Shown: piece by piece, positions 1-13,492 of the stretch
Layout: the number at the start of each line of letters is the position of its first letter
How positions within the stretch are numbered: position 1 is the stretch's first letter
DNA from: Takakia lepidozioides
Taxonomy: Eukaryota; Plantae; Bryophyta
NCBI GenBank assembly: GCA_030704615.1
Contig: CM060733.1
Location: 34,782,001-34,846,000 of the forward strand
Reading direction: 5' to 3'
Length of the DNA: 64,000 nt
Notes under the pieces: generated by a model
Database searches by the model: none
What the model was told of the DNA's origin: nothing
The model's input: only the letters and a program-made list of their open reading frames with translations
Program-made: the position numbers and the translations under genes

Positions 1-605
1 TCTTCTCTTTGGCCGAGAGCCGGATTTGCCTATATCCATTCGCAGAGAAGCTGCTACAGTTCTTAATCTTGACGATCCAGACGTGTGGGCACGTGCATGT
101 GAGCAGCGTGCAGAGTTGTTCAAGAAAGTCATGCCCATGGCTTTCGAGAACCTTGCCATTGCACAACCGTGATACGTTGAGGTATGCTACCATACGTGGT
201 GGGGGCTATCGTCCTGGGGTTCGGAGATTCAACCCTGGTGACTATGTCTATCTGCAGCAGACTGCTCCTACGACCTTGGATGTGACTGCATGACGTGTTA
301 TTTTGAGGGTTCGAGAGGTCTTGCCCTCAGGCGTCTTGGTCTTGGAAAGTCGGGATGGCATCACTTGGAAGGACCATGTGCGTAATTGTGCGCCATGTCA
401 CCTTCCGAATGTCGATGGCAGGATTGACCCAAACCTGGCAGTGGTATCTGCAGGTTTGAGGTGCATGTTGTGTGGGTCTGCTAAAGGGGCAGCCACCATG
501 ATGGTGTGTGATCGATGCTCTAGAGGTTGGCATATGGGATGCTTGACTCCACCTCTTGAGATGGTTCCGGATGCGGATTGGTTATGTCCACATTGCATTG
601 GATAG
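1..605 (+). mobile_element. 3' end of Ty3/Gypsy-type pol: integrase C-terminal region fused to a PHD finger, with one in-frame stop
   Basis: ORFs 9-293 and 303-605 are in the same frame, separated by TGA at 291-293. RRFNPGDYVYL...VREVLPSGVLVLE resembles the integrase C-terminal SH3-like region. It is followed by a C4HC3 PHD (CMLC..MMVCDRCSRGWHMGCL..P..WLCPHC) and a purine tract AGTGGGAGTGGA (PPT-like). Confidence 0.75.
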
Positions 606-615
606 TGGGAGTGGA

Positions 616-950
616 TACAACCATGGAAGACTAACAAGAAACGCAAGGCCCAGCTACTAGGAGACCTTGAACACACGAGGTCCTGGCTCAAGTTCACAGA
701 TTGCAAGACGACGACTAACGATGGGGCTACTCTTGTACCCGGGCTCTTGGTCTATAGAGTTTGAGTACAATAGGGACAGTGATAGAGGACTTAATACGGC
801 TGTGGCTATTACATCTTGTAGCTATCTGGAGGTAGAGGGACCTATCCACCAGCTAGGGGGGCGATTGTGGCACACTACTTTATTGTGCATATATGTGTGG
901 TGTGGTTTGGACAGCGATGTAGTTGTGTAGCGATATATAGATTGCCCGTC
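616..950 (+). mobile_element. Probable 3' LTR of the PHD-bearing retrotransposon
   Basis: Follows the PPT-like tract and ends in ...CCCGTCA. The partner LTR is not in the window, so boundaries are approximate. Confidence 0.35.
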
Positions 951-3369
951 AGATTCTGCTTGTAAATCAATCTTGTTAGCCAGCGATTGCAGGGCCTGCA
1001 CCTGGAGCTCCAGGAACATCAATAATCAGCAATCTCCTCCAGCAAAATGGCTTTAAGCGGAACTCACTGGCTCAATGAGTTCCAGATCAATAACCTTTCC
1101 AAACCTGCCTTCAAATGCTCACCCCTGAGATCAGAACACCTGCCAAACACAACTGTCAGATGCTCAATCTACACAGTTGATGAGAACACCTGTGCCACAT
1201 GTCTTCAGACATCATCTTTTGATTAAATCGCTCAAAGCACTCGCTTGCATGTGACGTTTCTACACATATCCGCCACTTCACCATAGCGTAACCGTCACCG
1301 CGTCCTCAACGAGGTTGTGTGAAGTCCCCAGCAATTGCAGAAGGAAGGCAGAACATGTCAAGCTGCCAAGGGAGCCGGAAGACGTGAAGTTCCGTCTTAA
1401 AAATACGTTGCGTTTGCCCATTAAAGTTGCACTATCAACTAACACCTCCATCCGTTTCTCACTTTCAAAACAAAAACCACAAGTGCTAAAACTAAACTCA
1501 CCTCCGGCACTCACAGATGCAAGCTCATCTCTCTCGAGTGATTGACAAGCTAAGAGACACACTGTTTACACCAGAAACAAAATGAATCCATCAGCATCAC
1601 TCTTTAAAAACAGAAGTCGAGCCAGGGGCACCCCAAGCTATGGGGACTTCACCCCACAAACAACCTATCCTCCTATCATAAGCACACTCAGTTCTAAACG
1701 CATGAAGGAGCTCGGTCGCGCAGGCTCAACTCGAGAGAGATGAGCTACGCGACTGACGCTCTCGTGAAGATAAGATGGTTCAGGTGTCAAGCTCAAACTT
1801 GACACCTGACTTAACACTTGAACTAAATCCAAGTGTTAAATACAAATAACTAGTTTTATTCTAGTTAGTTTCACACTGTGTTTATTTAACTTGACAGCTA
1901 CTACAGAGTTTCTTAAGGGGATCCAGATTTTATATTGCCCAGAGAAACAGCCAAATTCTCCTTGTGCTTTTGTGTTCTCCAGCCGAAATCTAAGACTCTG
2001 CACTTATTGGAATCTCTACTTGACAAACATTTACAAACTTGTCAAAAGAAGTGGTGAGAATATTCTAGTGCTCAAATTCAATATCAAATCCACAGTTGGT
2101 GATACCGACCACCTCCTCTAGTTCACAATGATTTTTTACTTGCATGTTCGAAGGCCCCTTTCCAATTCAAATCCCAGATGCAGCATGTAAGGGAACCCTC
2201 CTGTACCACTGCCCTTAACTCATGTGTCTCTATTGCCCTCCTCACTAAAATCTGTTTCAAGATTGAATAGCTCGGTTGGGTAAACTTGCCAACCAGGCGA
2301 TGACTCAAATCGCGCACAGATCTATGTCCACGAAGTGACTGTAGCACAACTTACATTTTTGCAACAACCTTCGGAGGAGGATCGAGAGTGGGCCTCAAAC
2401 TGACTGATGCAGAAGATGGCTAGAGCACTAGAATCAAACTGTTGGGCATAAATACTACTCAAGGTATCAAGGATCATAGATAGCCCCAACTATTCAAGAT
2501 ACCTCTCGCAACACAACTATAATGTCATGGCAATGACAACAAAGGTCCTTCAAGGATCTGAGTATACCAGATACATTTCTGGATCTGACTTTCCTTTGAA
2601 ATCATGTCTGTCTTATGATCATCTTCCGGCGATGGGTCATGACAGGCCCCCATGATCCGGTCATTCTCTCCAGGCATTACAATCATCTCTCCTCCCTCCT
2701 TACAAGTGATTATGAAATCTCAAGAATGAACATTCGCTGGATACACACTCATCATTATTGATTCCATCTGCAGTCTTGGGGGTAGAAATATAGTGAGGTC
2801 AAAATTTTGATTTAAAAGAACATTTCGAGAATATTTCGAGAACGTCAAGAAGTGGACTTCAATCTGAGCCAAAAGGTCAATTGACCCTGCTGCTGCAATT
2901 GCTCTACATCGAGCACAAGACTACACCGATTCAGAAGCCCACCCCCTCAACTAACTACCTCTCCAGATGACCCTAGCCTGCAAACAGTTCCCGCTTAAAC
3001 TCATCATGTTACCTAACTGCGCAATGCAGCTCTACAAGTTTAAAATGTAACATTTCTGCTTAGTTCGACTGTTGTACAGCTGCATGTTTGGATCGTGAAA
3101 TTAAAATAAATTAGCATTGTCAAAGAAACTACATCACTGAAAACCAGCAAACTGATTTCGTTGCTCGTTCACCAGCCTTTGAAGCTCTATCTGGCAAGTG
3201 ATGGTGATGTTCTTGGCGACACCAAACGTCGTCAACGGATGCTGCACACAACACATGATCAAGTAAACTTGTTACGATTAACTCATAAAACGGAAGCTTG
3301 TTCAGGAGTGGTCTGATCAACACTATGTAAAGTGCATAACACGATTCAATTGAGGCCGTCCCAAACATA

Positions 3370-3651
3370 CTACAAACCCACACTAGTATTCTCGAATTGA
3401 ACTCTGAAATTTTGGTTCAAGCTCCTAGACACGGTCGATTGCAGAAGAATCCTGTACCTTTCAGAAAGTGCCGCTGCCTCTCGACGAAGCTCTTTCACGA
3501 CCGCGGCTAGGGCCTCGGGGTTGACGCCATGCTCGCAGAGCGCAATAAGAATGGAAAGCGTCTGCCGATCCAGACCAGTTCCCAGCAAATTGGACATCAG
3601 GTGCGCCAGGTCCAACGCCTCTCGCGCCCTCTGCACTCCCACCCCATCCAT
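3370..3651 (-). CDS. MZT1: Mitotic-spindle organizing protein 1 (MOZART1 / GIP)
   Basis: AREALDLAHLMSNLLGTGLDRQTLSILIALCEHGVNPEALAAVVKELRRE is the MZT1 core. A likely donor AG|GTACAG follows 3458, so the true C-terminus may be a short second exon (candidate acceptor at 3191 giving ...ALSER*). Confidence 0.92.
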   Translation of the reverse strand: MDGVGVQRAREALDLAHLMSNLLGTGLDRQTLSILIALCEHGVNPEALAAVVKELRREAAALSERYRILLQSTVSRSLNQNFRVQFENTSVGL

Positions 3652-3884
3652 CTCTCTCTCTCCCTCCCTCTCCTCAATTCAAACCCCAGCGGACCTCGAT
3701 CACAAACACACCCTGGCTCTCCTTCTCGCTTCTCTGCTTGACACACAGTACTATTTCATACTTCAACCTAACGGAACCTTCCTCTCTGTGAGGGATATGC
3801 CGTTCGGTAATCATCCATCTTCTTTGAACGACTGAGGCTGGTGTCCAAGTGTGAGCAATACACGCTATTTCATGCACCTTTTTT

Positions 3885-4060
3885 GCCTCTTCACTAGACC
3901 GCAAACAAAACCCATCCTGCAAGTGGCGAAATTGGTTGCAATCTCGGACCACCCAACAATCTTTGAGATGAACTTGGTAGCCCTGTGGCAACCTGAAGAA
4001 TCTTTGGGATATGGCAGGGTACTAAGAGAGAGAGGACTCCAGCCAAAGCCCGCATAACTA
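3885..4060 (-). pseudogene. Degenerate DYW deaminase domain fragment
   Basis: [14 protein letters not shown] in one frame and VRDCNQFRHLQDGFC in another match the DYW C-terminus ([28 protein letters not shown]). Frameshifted, with no PPR array attached. Confidence 0.7.
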
Positions 4061-4431
4061 AGAGCCACTTCACCTTGCGGCTACTGGAGTGTCCAGGTTA
4101 CTTTTTTGCCATTAGGTTCAACTGGATTGGCCAAGACAAGATGTGATTACAACTTCCTGCTAGCTACGATATTTTCGAATGTGTCAAGGCTCAATTGTGA
4201 GTGACCACATCACAACAAATACAGAAACATAGGGTAGATTGGCAGCTCCAAATATACTGCAGTTTGAACCCACAAGGGGATGAACTGCTATGGTCAGAAA
4301 GTTTGTGATCTTCACTGGACCAATTGTTTATCTGGAAGACCAGTTGTCCTGAAGAGTCTGCTTGTAAGGAGTGCACCTCTTCAGTCTCCTCCAGAAAGGG
4401 CATATATTTCATGGGTATCATTTGCATGAAG

Positions 4432-7400
4432 CTACACTGCAATAGCTGGAAGGCCGGGGAGTGTATTTGTGTCATTTGAAGACTTCACACAGAGCAGGTT
4501 TTCTAGTTTGTTGCCATCAATCTTGTAAAGAGAGATGCCTTTTGATGCAGTGTGGTGGCTTTGGGCCTGGCGTCGTAAATCATTAATCCCAAGCTGCTCC
4601 CACTTCTTGTAGTTGGATTGTTGACGAAGAGCACTCATGTCATGCGAACCTAGAACACATCAATTCATTGGTTGTTCAGCTCCAAGTTCTGACAAATCAG
4701 TAGCAGGTTACAGGGTTATAACTTTTGAGTATTCACGCTCAGACAAACGTGCAAAAAGTATGTCAATAGCCATAGAAGGGGTAACATGCTCCAACACTTA
4801 TCTGCTCTTCACAGTAACTAGCCTGTCCTTATCATGGTATGAAAAGTTGCTGCCACGGTGGAGTGCGTTACCTGAGAGACGTCCCTTTTCCAAGACCACA
4901 GTTGCCCAGACTCTGCAGGCACTGAAAGGGCCAAAGCTGTCTGGGTGGGTCCCAGGTTGCTGCCTGAAATGCATGGCAGCAGTGGGGGCAGCAACTAGAC
5001 TGGGTCGGCTGGGGATCACTGACCAGTCTTGTTTATGTTGCTCCCGCATTGGCGAATGTATCTTTAGAATCTGTTCAAGCCATCAAGCACACGCACGAGA
5101 GTCCCACCTTTGGTTTCCACAGAACTTCAGCATTCTGAATGTCAGAGGGTGTGAAGACACTGATAACTGGAACAACAACTTACACCAAGGCACTCCAGGA
5201 GCTGATAATAGGCTCTTCCTTGCAGTGGGTTATGGCCTTTGCGGGGCTCTGAAAAGTATCTTGTCCTGCCCAAACATGAAAACATGCTTGCTTCAGACAC
5301 AAAATGCTGCTCCTGAGCTGGCAGCCCAGGTAATCAAGAAGGATGCTGACATAAGCAAGCAAACCTTTAAAGGAGCAGGCCTGACTGCAATGCCCAACAA
5401 ATATTACAGGCAAAAAAAAGGAAGTATGGTCAAAGAAGTAAACCATTCGGTGTAGCCAGGGTCAACGGTGAAACCATATATATCCACAGAATCGCACATG
5501 GATAGGGCCAGCTCAATTGACTTCACCCCTGTGCCCTTGGCACCGCGCCGAAACACCACCCCTTGGAATAAGTAGACCGGATTGGGTATTTGCTGAAAGC
5601 AACCCCAAGACATCAGCAGCAGCCTTGCAGAAGTGTGCAATATTGCAGTGGGGACCAGGAGAGAAATGTCATTGTTACTTCTATATCAGCAAAAGAAGCC
5701 TTCACAATAAACTCACATTCAAGGATCTCAAACAGGCAAATAAACTTGTGCATAGTTCTAATAGAAGGAACAGGAAATGCAAAAGGTTGGTGGTCCTCTA
5801 AAATAGTTCAATGAGGAGAAACACAAGCAAACTCATGCTAATGACTGCTTTTTAGTTGTGACATTTCTTGACAACGAATATAGCCAGACTCGAGTTGAAT
5901 GAGTCTGTGAACACCAGTTCAATATCTACGAACATTGATTTCCAGACTTGAAGCATTACCTTAATCATTGCATTGAAGTCTCTGTGTATTTTACTCTTGA
6001 TTATCAGCACCTCATCAGCTGCACCACACAACCATGGCAGTCCTTACAAACCAGATTACCCTCAGACACTCAGAGTTACAAAAATCACAAAAACATCAGT
6101 GCTGTGAATGGAACAAATAATGAAAGCAATGAAGTCTCTGGTCAGCAGAGAAAGAAGACACGATTCAGGAAAACCTGGATACGAGGCACAGTAAGAGGGT
6201 AATCAGCAAGCTGTAGATGCAAACATAACATATTTGTACAGGTGAAGTACTATACCAGATCCATTGACAACCTTCAGCAAGTTGCGGGCCACCCCTCCAC
6301 CAACCAGGCGGAAATCTCGTTTCATGCCTATGTTCCTAGCATATTTCTGGACAGCCAACAGGTCCTGTCAGCAGTTGCATGCATTCCAATCAGGCAAGCC
6401 TAGCAATTGCCTGTTCATGCTGATACACTCAATGTGAATGAGTCAACAAGAGTGAAGATGATAAGGCCAACAATGCCACATGCGACAAAAACACGTGGTG
6501 GCTGTGTTCCTCTCTTTCTTTGATCTAATCAATGTGATTGAAATCTACAGCACCTTATTGACTGGGGCTTCGTTGTCGCGAATAACAGCATCATGGCTAT
6601 CAATATCTGGCCCAAATTCTGTGAGAAGCAGATCGCCAGAATTGCCGACCACGGCACATGTAGCAAACTGATGTGGCTTGAATGGGGGTTCAGCTGGCAG
6701 CACAAGCTGTAATTCCTCTTCACAAAGGCTCCTGTTGTAACATTTGTCAGCTCCACTGGAGCCCACCGACAATAATATTCCCTTGTCATCACAGCAAATT
6801 ATAGTGATGAATGTGTCACAGTGCTTGCACTACTACGTTACGGAATGGCTCTACAAACTTTCTGATTCTGATTTACATACAACCTGTCTCAGCGAGTGTG
6901 GAGCTATGTCAGAAGTCATTCTGGAAGCCCAAAGCAGAGGAGTTATGCATGGGACACTGTCTCACATTTTGAGAAAAGTGCACCTGATCTAAATCTGCTG
7001 ATGATCCTGATTACCTCACAGAACAGTCACCTTTGTCCCCAAATATTACACCTTCTACAGTATTTCCTTGGCAACACCAAAGTGTTCTTTACCAGGATTT
7101 ATGTCCCAAATTGCTGAAGACATGACGTTGCTGCCAAACGATTCAAACAGAGAAAAAACAAGGTGCCGAGCAGCATCAACCCTTACAATACCTTCTGGTC
7201 TGCTGCAACGCATGATGTACGATCGATCTTCAAACTTGACAAAGGGCCAACAACCCATGCAACTTCAGACGTTAACCAGAAACAACTATAATCTTGTGAG
7301 ATGGTCCACAACCTCAGATAAAGGAAGTGTAGACATACAGTTGGGAAATACGTTTGGCCGCATAGTCAAGCCAGCCGTCAGGGCGTGCATCAAGGTACTC

Positions 7401-8858
7401 CCTTGTCAAAATGGTGGTCACATTGCGGTACTGTTGCAGTGCATAACAATGTGAAAGGATTAGCAGGCATGTAACCTCTTTCTCTTCCCACCTCCAAGCA
7501 AAACCTCTGCAGCAGCACAAAGTAAATTGTATGACTACATAAAGCAGGTAGTGATCACCTGTTCCCAGAGGAGCAGCGACTCACACACATCGAACCCATA
7601 CTCCAACGGCTCATAGAACTTGAATTGATCATTATACTGTCATGCAATTGGATCACTCCAGCCCAAATTAACTCCCACAAGCACATGCAAGATATTCCAT
7701 TGGCTACAACCTGGAGAGCATAAATATGTCCCAACAGCCCTGCCCTAGCACTACAAGGAACCCACACGTTAAAAAATGCTTACTGCGGTCAGAAGGATGT
7801 ATAGCACAAATTGTACATCATGAAGGGATGGGTGTTCATTGACCAAAACATCAGAGATGTCAAGTTCTGAAGCAGTGACGATCAATAAGGGGAATCGGTA
7901 CACAGCAATGTGAGTCCAGTGGCCATTGCAGATATTCAAGCCAATATCATACTCAAGACAGAAAACATCTCAAAGTCTTGCAGAGTTGACTGCGCTTTCC
8001 AGTACTGACTTTTTGAGATTGACACACATGCCAGGGAATCGGCCTACAGGACAATACATGTTGTTAGCCTGTGTAGGCGTTAGCTCGCAAGCAAGAAATT
8101 GAGCAATACAGGAGGAGGCAGAATTGATTCTTACCCATGTGCTGTTTGTACTCTCAGGATATTTGAGTACTATCTTACAGTGAGTCTTCACCTCCGCAGA
8201 AAGCCCGAGTCCATTTGTCTCCTGCCACATGAAGTAGCTCCCCGGTGAAGGAGGCTATCTATCTAATCGAGTACTTCCTTCAGTTGATTTGAAAAACGTG
8301 TTTGCAAAGTGCACCAAGATCCTCGCCTATGACGACTTTGCCCGAGAGAAATACTGGAAGTCGCATATATAGCAACCACTACTTACCACACACTGTCTAA
8401 GCTGATTTTGCAAAACCTGAAGCGCTTCGACATGTTGTCTTCCTAATTCTCCACTTTGATATCCTGATTGTCACCAACGTATATGCATAAGCAATCGCGG
8501 CGTCATTGAAAGCACGAGCACAGACGTCCGTCATCACAAAAAGAGACGGTTCACCAAAAGGGCCATACTAGCAGCATGTTAACGTCAGAGACAGCTGGCC
8601 AGCCACCCAAAACTGATATCATTGTCCGAAGCTAGAAACACCAGACTCCAAAGATGCTACCCAGCCCACCGAACGAGAACGAGTCACCTAATCACTGCGG
8701 AAGGAAAAACAACAGGCAAAGTTGGACAGGGAAGAGCGAACAGAACCAGACAGCGCAGGGAAGAGTAGCCATTGGACTCCAATGACGATGCCTGACAGCA
8801 GGCATGCCAATAGACTTGTTATCGGAAGGAGACGAGCCTTGTTCAGGCGCGTGGCCAT
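4432..8858 (-). CDS. Sialyltransferase-like protein (GT29), SIA1/MGP2 type, about 12 exons
   Basis: Exon 1 [33 protein letters not shown] (type II TM anchor). Later exons: [27 protein letters not shown]; [31 protein letters not shown]; [32 protein letters not shown] (sialylmotif L); [31 protein letters not shown] (motif S); last exon [26 protein letters not shown] boundaries seen at the exons checked. Confidence 0.92.
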
Positions 8859-11053
8859 GTCATGGACCCCACCCCCTCCCTTTTCTCTCTCACTTTCTCT
8901 CCTTCGGTCTCCTTCTCCCTGCCATAGCTTTCATCCATATTCTTCTCGTGGATTTCATATTCATCCAGTGCTCTGAATTTGATTTTCGAACCCTTGAGCG
9001 AATTCGCTGCTTGCGGCCCCTCTCCCTCTCTTTCTTGGTTCTTGAGGTTGCAAGGCTTTGAACAGCATCGGCCTGCCACTCACCTGCTGTCAAGACCACT
9101 GCCCTCCCGATATTGTCTATCTGATCCGAATCATCACATTTAGTATCACGATTCACTGTGCTCTCACAAATCTGTTTTCGGTCTCAGATTCCTTGTGATG
9201 CACACTTCTACTGATGTCAAGTGGTCAGAAACTTGATGGCCTGCAGTAGTGGCAAGGCGATCCTGACTGGCAGAGAGCGAGTTCCTTAAAAAACCCCGCA
9301 CATCTGTAGCAAAACTGCCCCTTCCTTACTGGATGGAGTTTCAAACCCCCCCTTCTGCTCTCTTAAATTCCAGGAACTTCCTTCACGTTGAGGAAAATTT
9401 GAGGAAGTTCCTGGAAATTGAGATAGTAGAAGATGTGGCACCAAAGATGTTGACACTCAAGTTTAGGCTTCACGCTTGCTGGAGATTCTGTATTGGAAGC
9501 AATGATATGGCAGGCTGTTCTTTCAAAGACGTCCCTGCAAGTCGTCAAGACATATACTACTTCCAATCATTCAAAGCTCATTGGTCTTGTATTAATATCT
9601 AAACCGCTTGATTTGTGTGTTGCAGTCTGTAAAAGCCGTTGGTGACGGAGTAGTCACTTGCGGATTGAAGGCAAGCTCAGGTAACACGGTCTACCACTTG
9701 CCGGGGAAGACATGTTGGCTCATGATGGCAACCGCCTCGCTCAGCTGAGGTTGAATCTTGCTGCATCTGAATGTTTTGCAATTTTGCACTGTAAAGTAAC
9801 AACGTGGATTCAATCCAGAACTGTTTCCATATCGAACCGATTCTCCTCTTCCTCAGACCCAGCCATAGCGTCTTAAACACCTGAGGTCGCAATTAGGATC
9901 TCATGTTCCTTGACAATTTTCCAATGTGTTTGGAGATGCAGCTGCCTCCAAAAGCAAGTGACCCTTCCCGTGTTTGCTAGGAACATTGTGGTCGGGACTC
10001 GGGAGGATGAAGGATCCGAGTGAAGGATCGGTTCAGCAAGTTTTTGGACGTGACGCAGACTCCATGCCTAGGGTTTGGGGGTAGAACTTCATGTTCGTGC
10101 CAAAGATGCAACCATGGTTCTGGAATTGAATATGATCAGCTCTCATTCGATCTTCCCTACTCTTGTCGTTGTTACGAGAATCTCCAGACGATCCACCATT
10201 GATAGATAGCAAGGTGCTATTGCCGGAGGTTCAAATCTGCTTGCGGCCACCACTTGGCCAGCCATTTCATCCACAGAGATGTTGCTCACTCCAGCGCAGT
10301 GTCGAAACATCTGGAGGCGATTCAAGTCAAAGCAGGCGTGCGATGTCGGTAATTGTATTTCCTTGGATTCAATAATGCATCGTTGCACTCCATGAGTTTA
10401 CATTTGGTTGAGCCAGATACCTCTACTGCAATCTACTCTACATTCATCCAGTGCTCTCTCTCATGCGCGCGCAAGACTCCGCTGCCTTCTTCTCTCTTCT
10501 CCATCGCGAAAGAGATCTGTGGAGTGCAAATAAGAGTATGTCTACAGTCATTTGATTTTCCCTAAAAATTTCCGAGAGCTGTGAAGAATGTATCTCAGAA
10601 TCTCATGTGTTCAAGGTCCCGTTTGAGATCAAAGCAATTGTCTACAGGCTTCACTAATATTGTCTTTGTGATCCATCTGATCTGTTGGTATCTGGATCTG
10701 TCCAACAGCTCTGAAGATTATTTTATCGCACAACTATCGCATGCACAATCATGATGGTTTCCCGCTCGGGGTGTGCTTCAAAGTCACACGCTATAATTTT
10801 TTGTCTGTGTTGCAGAATAGTTTGCAATTTTCGTTGAAGTCAGCTGTTCTGTTACGTCTGGGACTTCGCAAATATCGGAGATGAGGAATCCATGGCAGAT
10901 ATGTAAGAGCTCTCATGCAGGCATATTTTGCTGATGAGACGGGCTCGAGTTGAACTGTGTTGCGATATATATTGTCTATTGTTGAGACTATCAGAGAATA
11001 TGAACGAGATAGCTCAGACCTGTACAGTTTTGCTTGTAAGCAGTTAGGAAGTA

Positions 11054-13492
11054 ATGGCAGACAGGTCGAAGCATTACCTTGTGCATACCTTTCCACACAG
11101 CTTGTTGGCAGGAAGAAATTATGATGAGAAACGGTCTTACCGGAAGAGTTACCCTACATTCATGGGAGGGACTCTTACAGTCCCAAACACACAAACACAT
11201 TCTGATCAATTCTTCAGAGGCTGCAGAGATTCCGCGTTTCTCATCCCTGCCCCTGCTGAGAAAACCAGAAACTACCACCAATTTTTCATTGATTTTATGA
11301 TGGGGGGAGTTGCAGCTGCCGTTTCTAAGACTGCAGCAGCTCCGATTGAGAGAGTGAAGATGCTTGTACAGAATCAAGGAGAATTGATGAAATCGGGCCG
11401 TCTTTTAGAGCCTTACAACGGCATAAGAGACTGTTTTCAAAGAATTTTGCACGAGGAGGGTGTCCTTGCTCTGTGGAGAGGCAATTTCACAAACGTGATA
11501 CGCTACTTCCCAACGCAGGTCTCTATATCCCTCAAACCACTCTCTCCTTCCCTCTCTACACGCTGCAGCTCTAAATTGATGGGGGCCTCTAGAGAGTACT
11601 CTGCATCTCACATACTATTATAGAATCCATGCAGGCTTCTACCAATTTCAAGAATTTCCGATCATTGTCTATTTAAACTGAGGTCGATACTAGATCCTTA
11701 TAACAATGGACCACTTGGGAGTGTTGGTTTGCCAGATCACCTCTGTCAATCTCATATTTGTCAGAACTCTCTGGATCACATCAAGAACTAGTAGTAATAT
11801 GTAGTCGGAAGGCTGTAAAGAGCACAGTTCATTTGGTGATATGGCCAACAGCTGCTGACTAGTGCCCGTGGATATTTCCAGGCTACCATTTTTTGGTTTG
11901 ATTCTGGGAAATGGTAAATAAAGAGAGATGTCGTGAGGAGACAAATACTCTCTTCCTTGCATTGATGGAAGAATTCCGATATTGGAATCACTAGGGATTA
12001 ATGTGAAGCTACTGTTGCGCAACAGAAGTTCCCCAGATTTGTCAGTTCACTATATTCAAATTTTGTGCAGTGATACTACCAACAGAAGCAGCCTCTGCAC
12101 CGATTCCCCTAGTTTGGGTATTTTATATTACTTTTCAGCTTGACAAGTAGCAGTTTCTAAGTGGATATGAGGAATTGTGTGACATCTGGTGACAAGAGTT
12201 CTTTTACTTTGTACAGGCTCTCAACTTTGCCTTTAAAGACTATTTCAAGAGCCTCTTTGCGTACAAGAGGGACAGGGATGGCTACTGGAAATGGTTTGCA
12301 GGGAACTTGGCTTCTGGAGGAGCGGCTGGTGCTGCATCCTCGTTGTTTGTGTACTCACTGGACTACGCTCGAACACGGTTGACAAATGATTCCAAGAACT
12401 TGCAAACGGGTGAGGAGCGCCAATTCAATGGCCTGGTTGATGTTTACAGGAAGACTTTGAAATCTGATGGTATTGCGGGTCTATATAGGGGCTTTAATGT
12501 CTCCGTGGTGGGGATCATTCTATACAGGGGTCTCTATTTTGGTATCTATGACTCAGTGAAACCTGTAGTCCTCGTTGGACAGCTCGAGGTAAATTATGCA
12601 CTTGATAACATGAAAAGGATTAGCTGCACATGAACAATGTTAAGAACAAAAAAATTAGAATTAAATAAAATTAAGAGGATCAATATTATCCCCGAAACAC
12701 CTTCTCCACATGAGATTCTGTTTCCACATCCAGTTTACCCCACCATGAATGTGTTCCATTCCCTAGAATAGACAGCGTACACGAGCCATAGACAAAGATC
12801 ACATAGAGCACCTGAGAATCCGATAGTCAAACTCACACCATCAGACTTCAAGTCAACTGGTCATTCCTAGTCGATCCCAGGAATGCAAATTTGAGCTTGA
12901 GATCAAGTTGCTCTTGATTTTAGCAGAAATTCTAGGTAGTTGGGAAGGTTTTATGTTTCACATGTTTGACATTTTCTTGCGGGACTTATTTAAGACCTTC
13001 CTCTCTTTAGGTCTGGAGATAAGAGTAGTCACATCTGCCACAGCCTGTGCTTCCTACTTAGGCCTGCACCTGAGATACGGAAGTGTCGTTCCAATGTGAA
13101 GGAACTCTGTAAGGTACTCGTGTCTAGACACATTGCCGGTCGGATAGTGGAAACGATTGTGTCTGAGCCAGAATCAGTGACTGCAGGACAACTTTTTAGC
13201 CAGTTTTGTTCTTGGTTGGGCAGTCACAACTGTTTCTGGAATTGTAACTTACCCATTGGACACAATCCGGCGGAGGATGATGATGACTTCAGGAGAAGCA
13301 GTCAAGTATAAAAGCACAGTTGACGCTTTCCGGCAGATAATTGCAAACGAGGGTATGAAAGCTCTTTTTAAGGGTAATGTTGCCAACATATTGCTTGGAA
13401 TGGCAGGGGCCGGAGTGCTCGCTGGCTATGACCAGCTCCAACTCTTCTTCTTTGGGAAGGCATTTAGCCCAGTAACAACGAAGACTGGGTAA
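11054..13492 (+). CDS. ADP/ATP carrier (mitochondrial carrier family); exons 11054-11518, 12217-12588, 13187-13492; 380 aa
   Basis: [40 protein letters not shown]|[18 protein letters not shown] and the RRRMMM signature. Phase-0 GT-AG introns join in frame. Confidence 0.95.

Noticed and set aside
1000-3100. Short ORFs and possible TE debris
   Set aside because: No motif or terminal structure recognised.
4637-5455. 272-aa plus-strand ORF
   Set aside because: Antisense to sialyltransferase exons and introns, with no recognisable motif.
9200-10400. Possible decayed LRR-like remnants (e.g. SLNLSVNIFG) on the minus strand
   Set aside because: Too fragmentary and stop-ridden to call without a tBLASTn.
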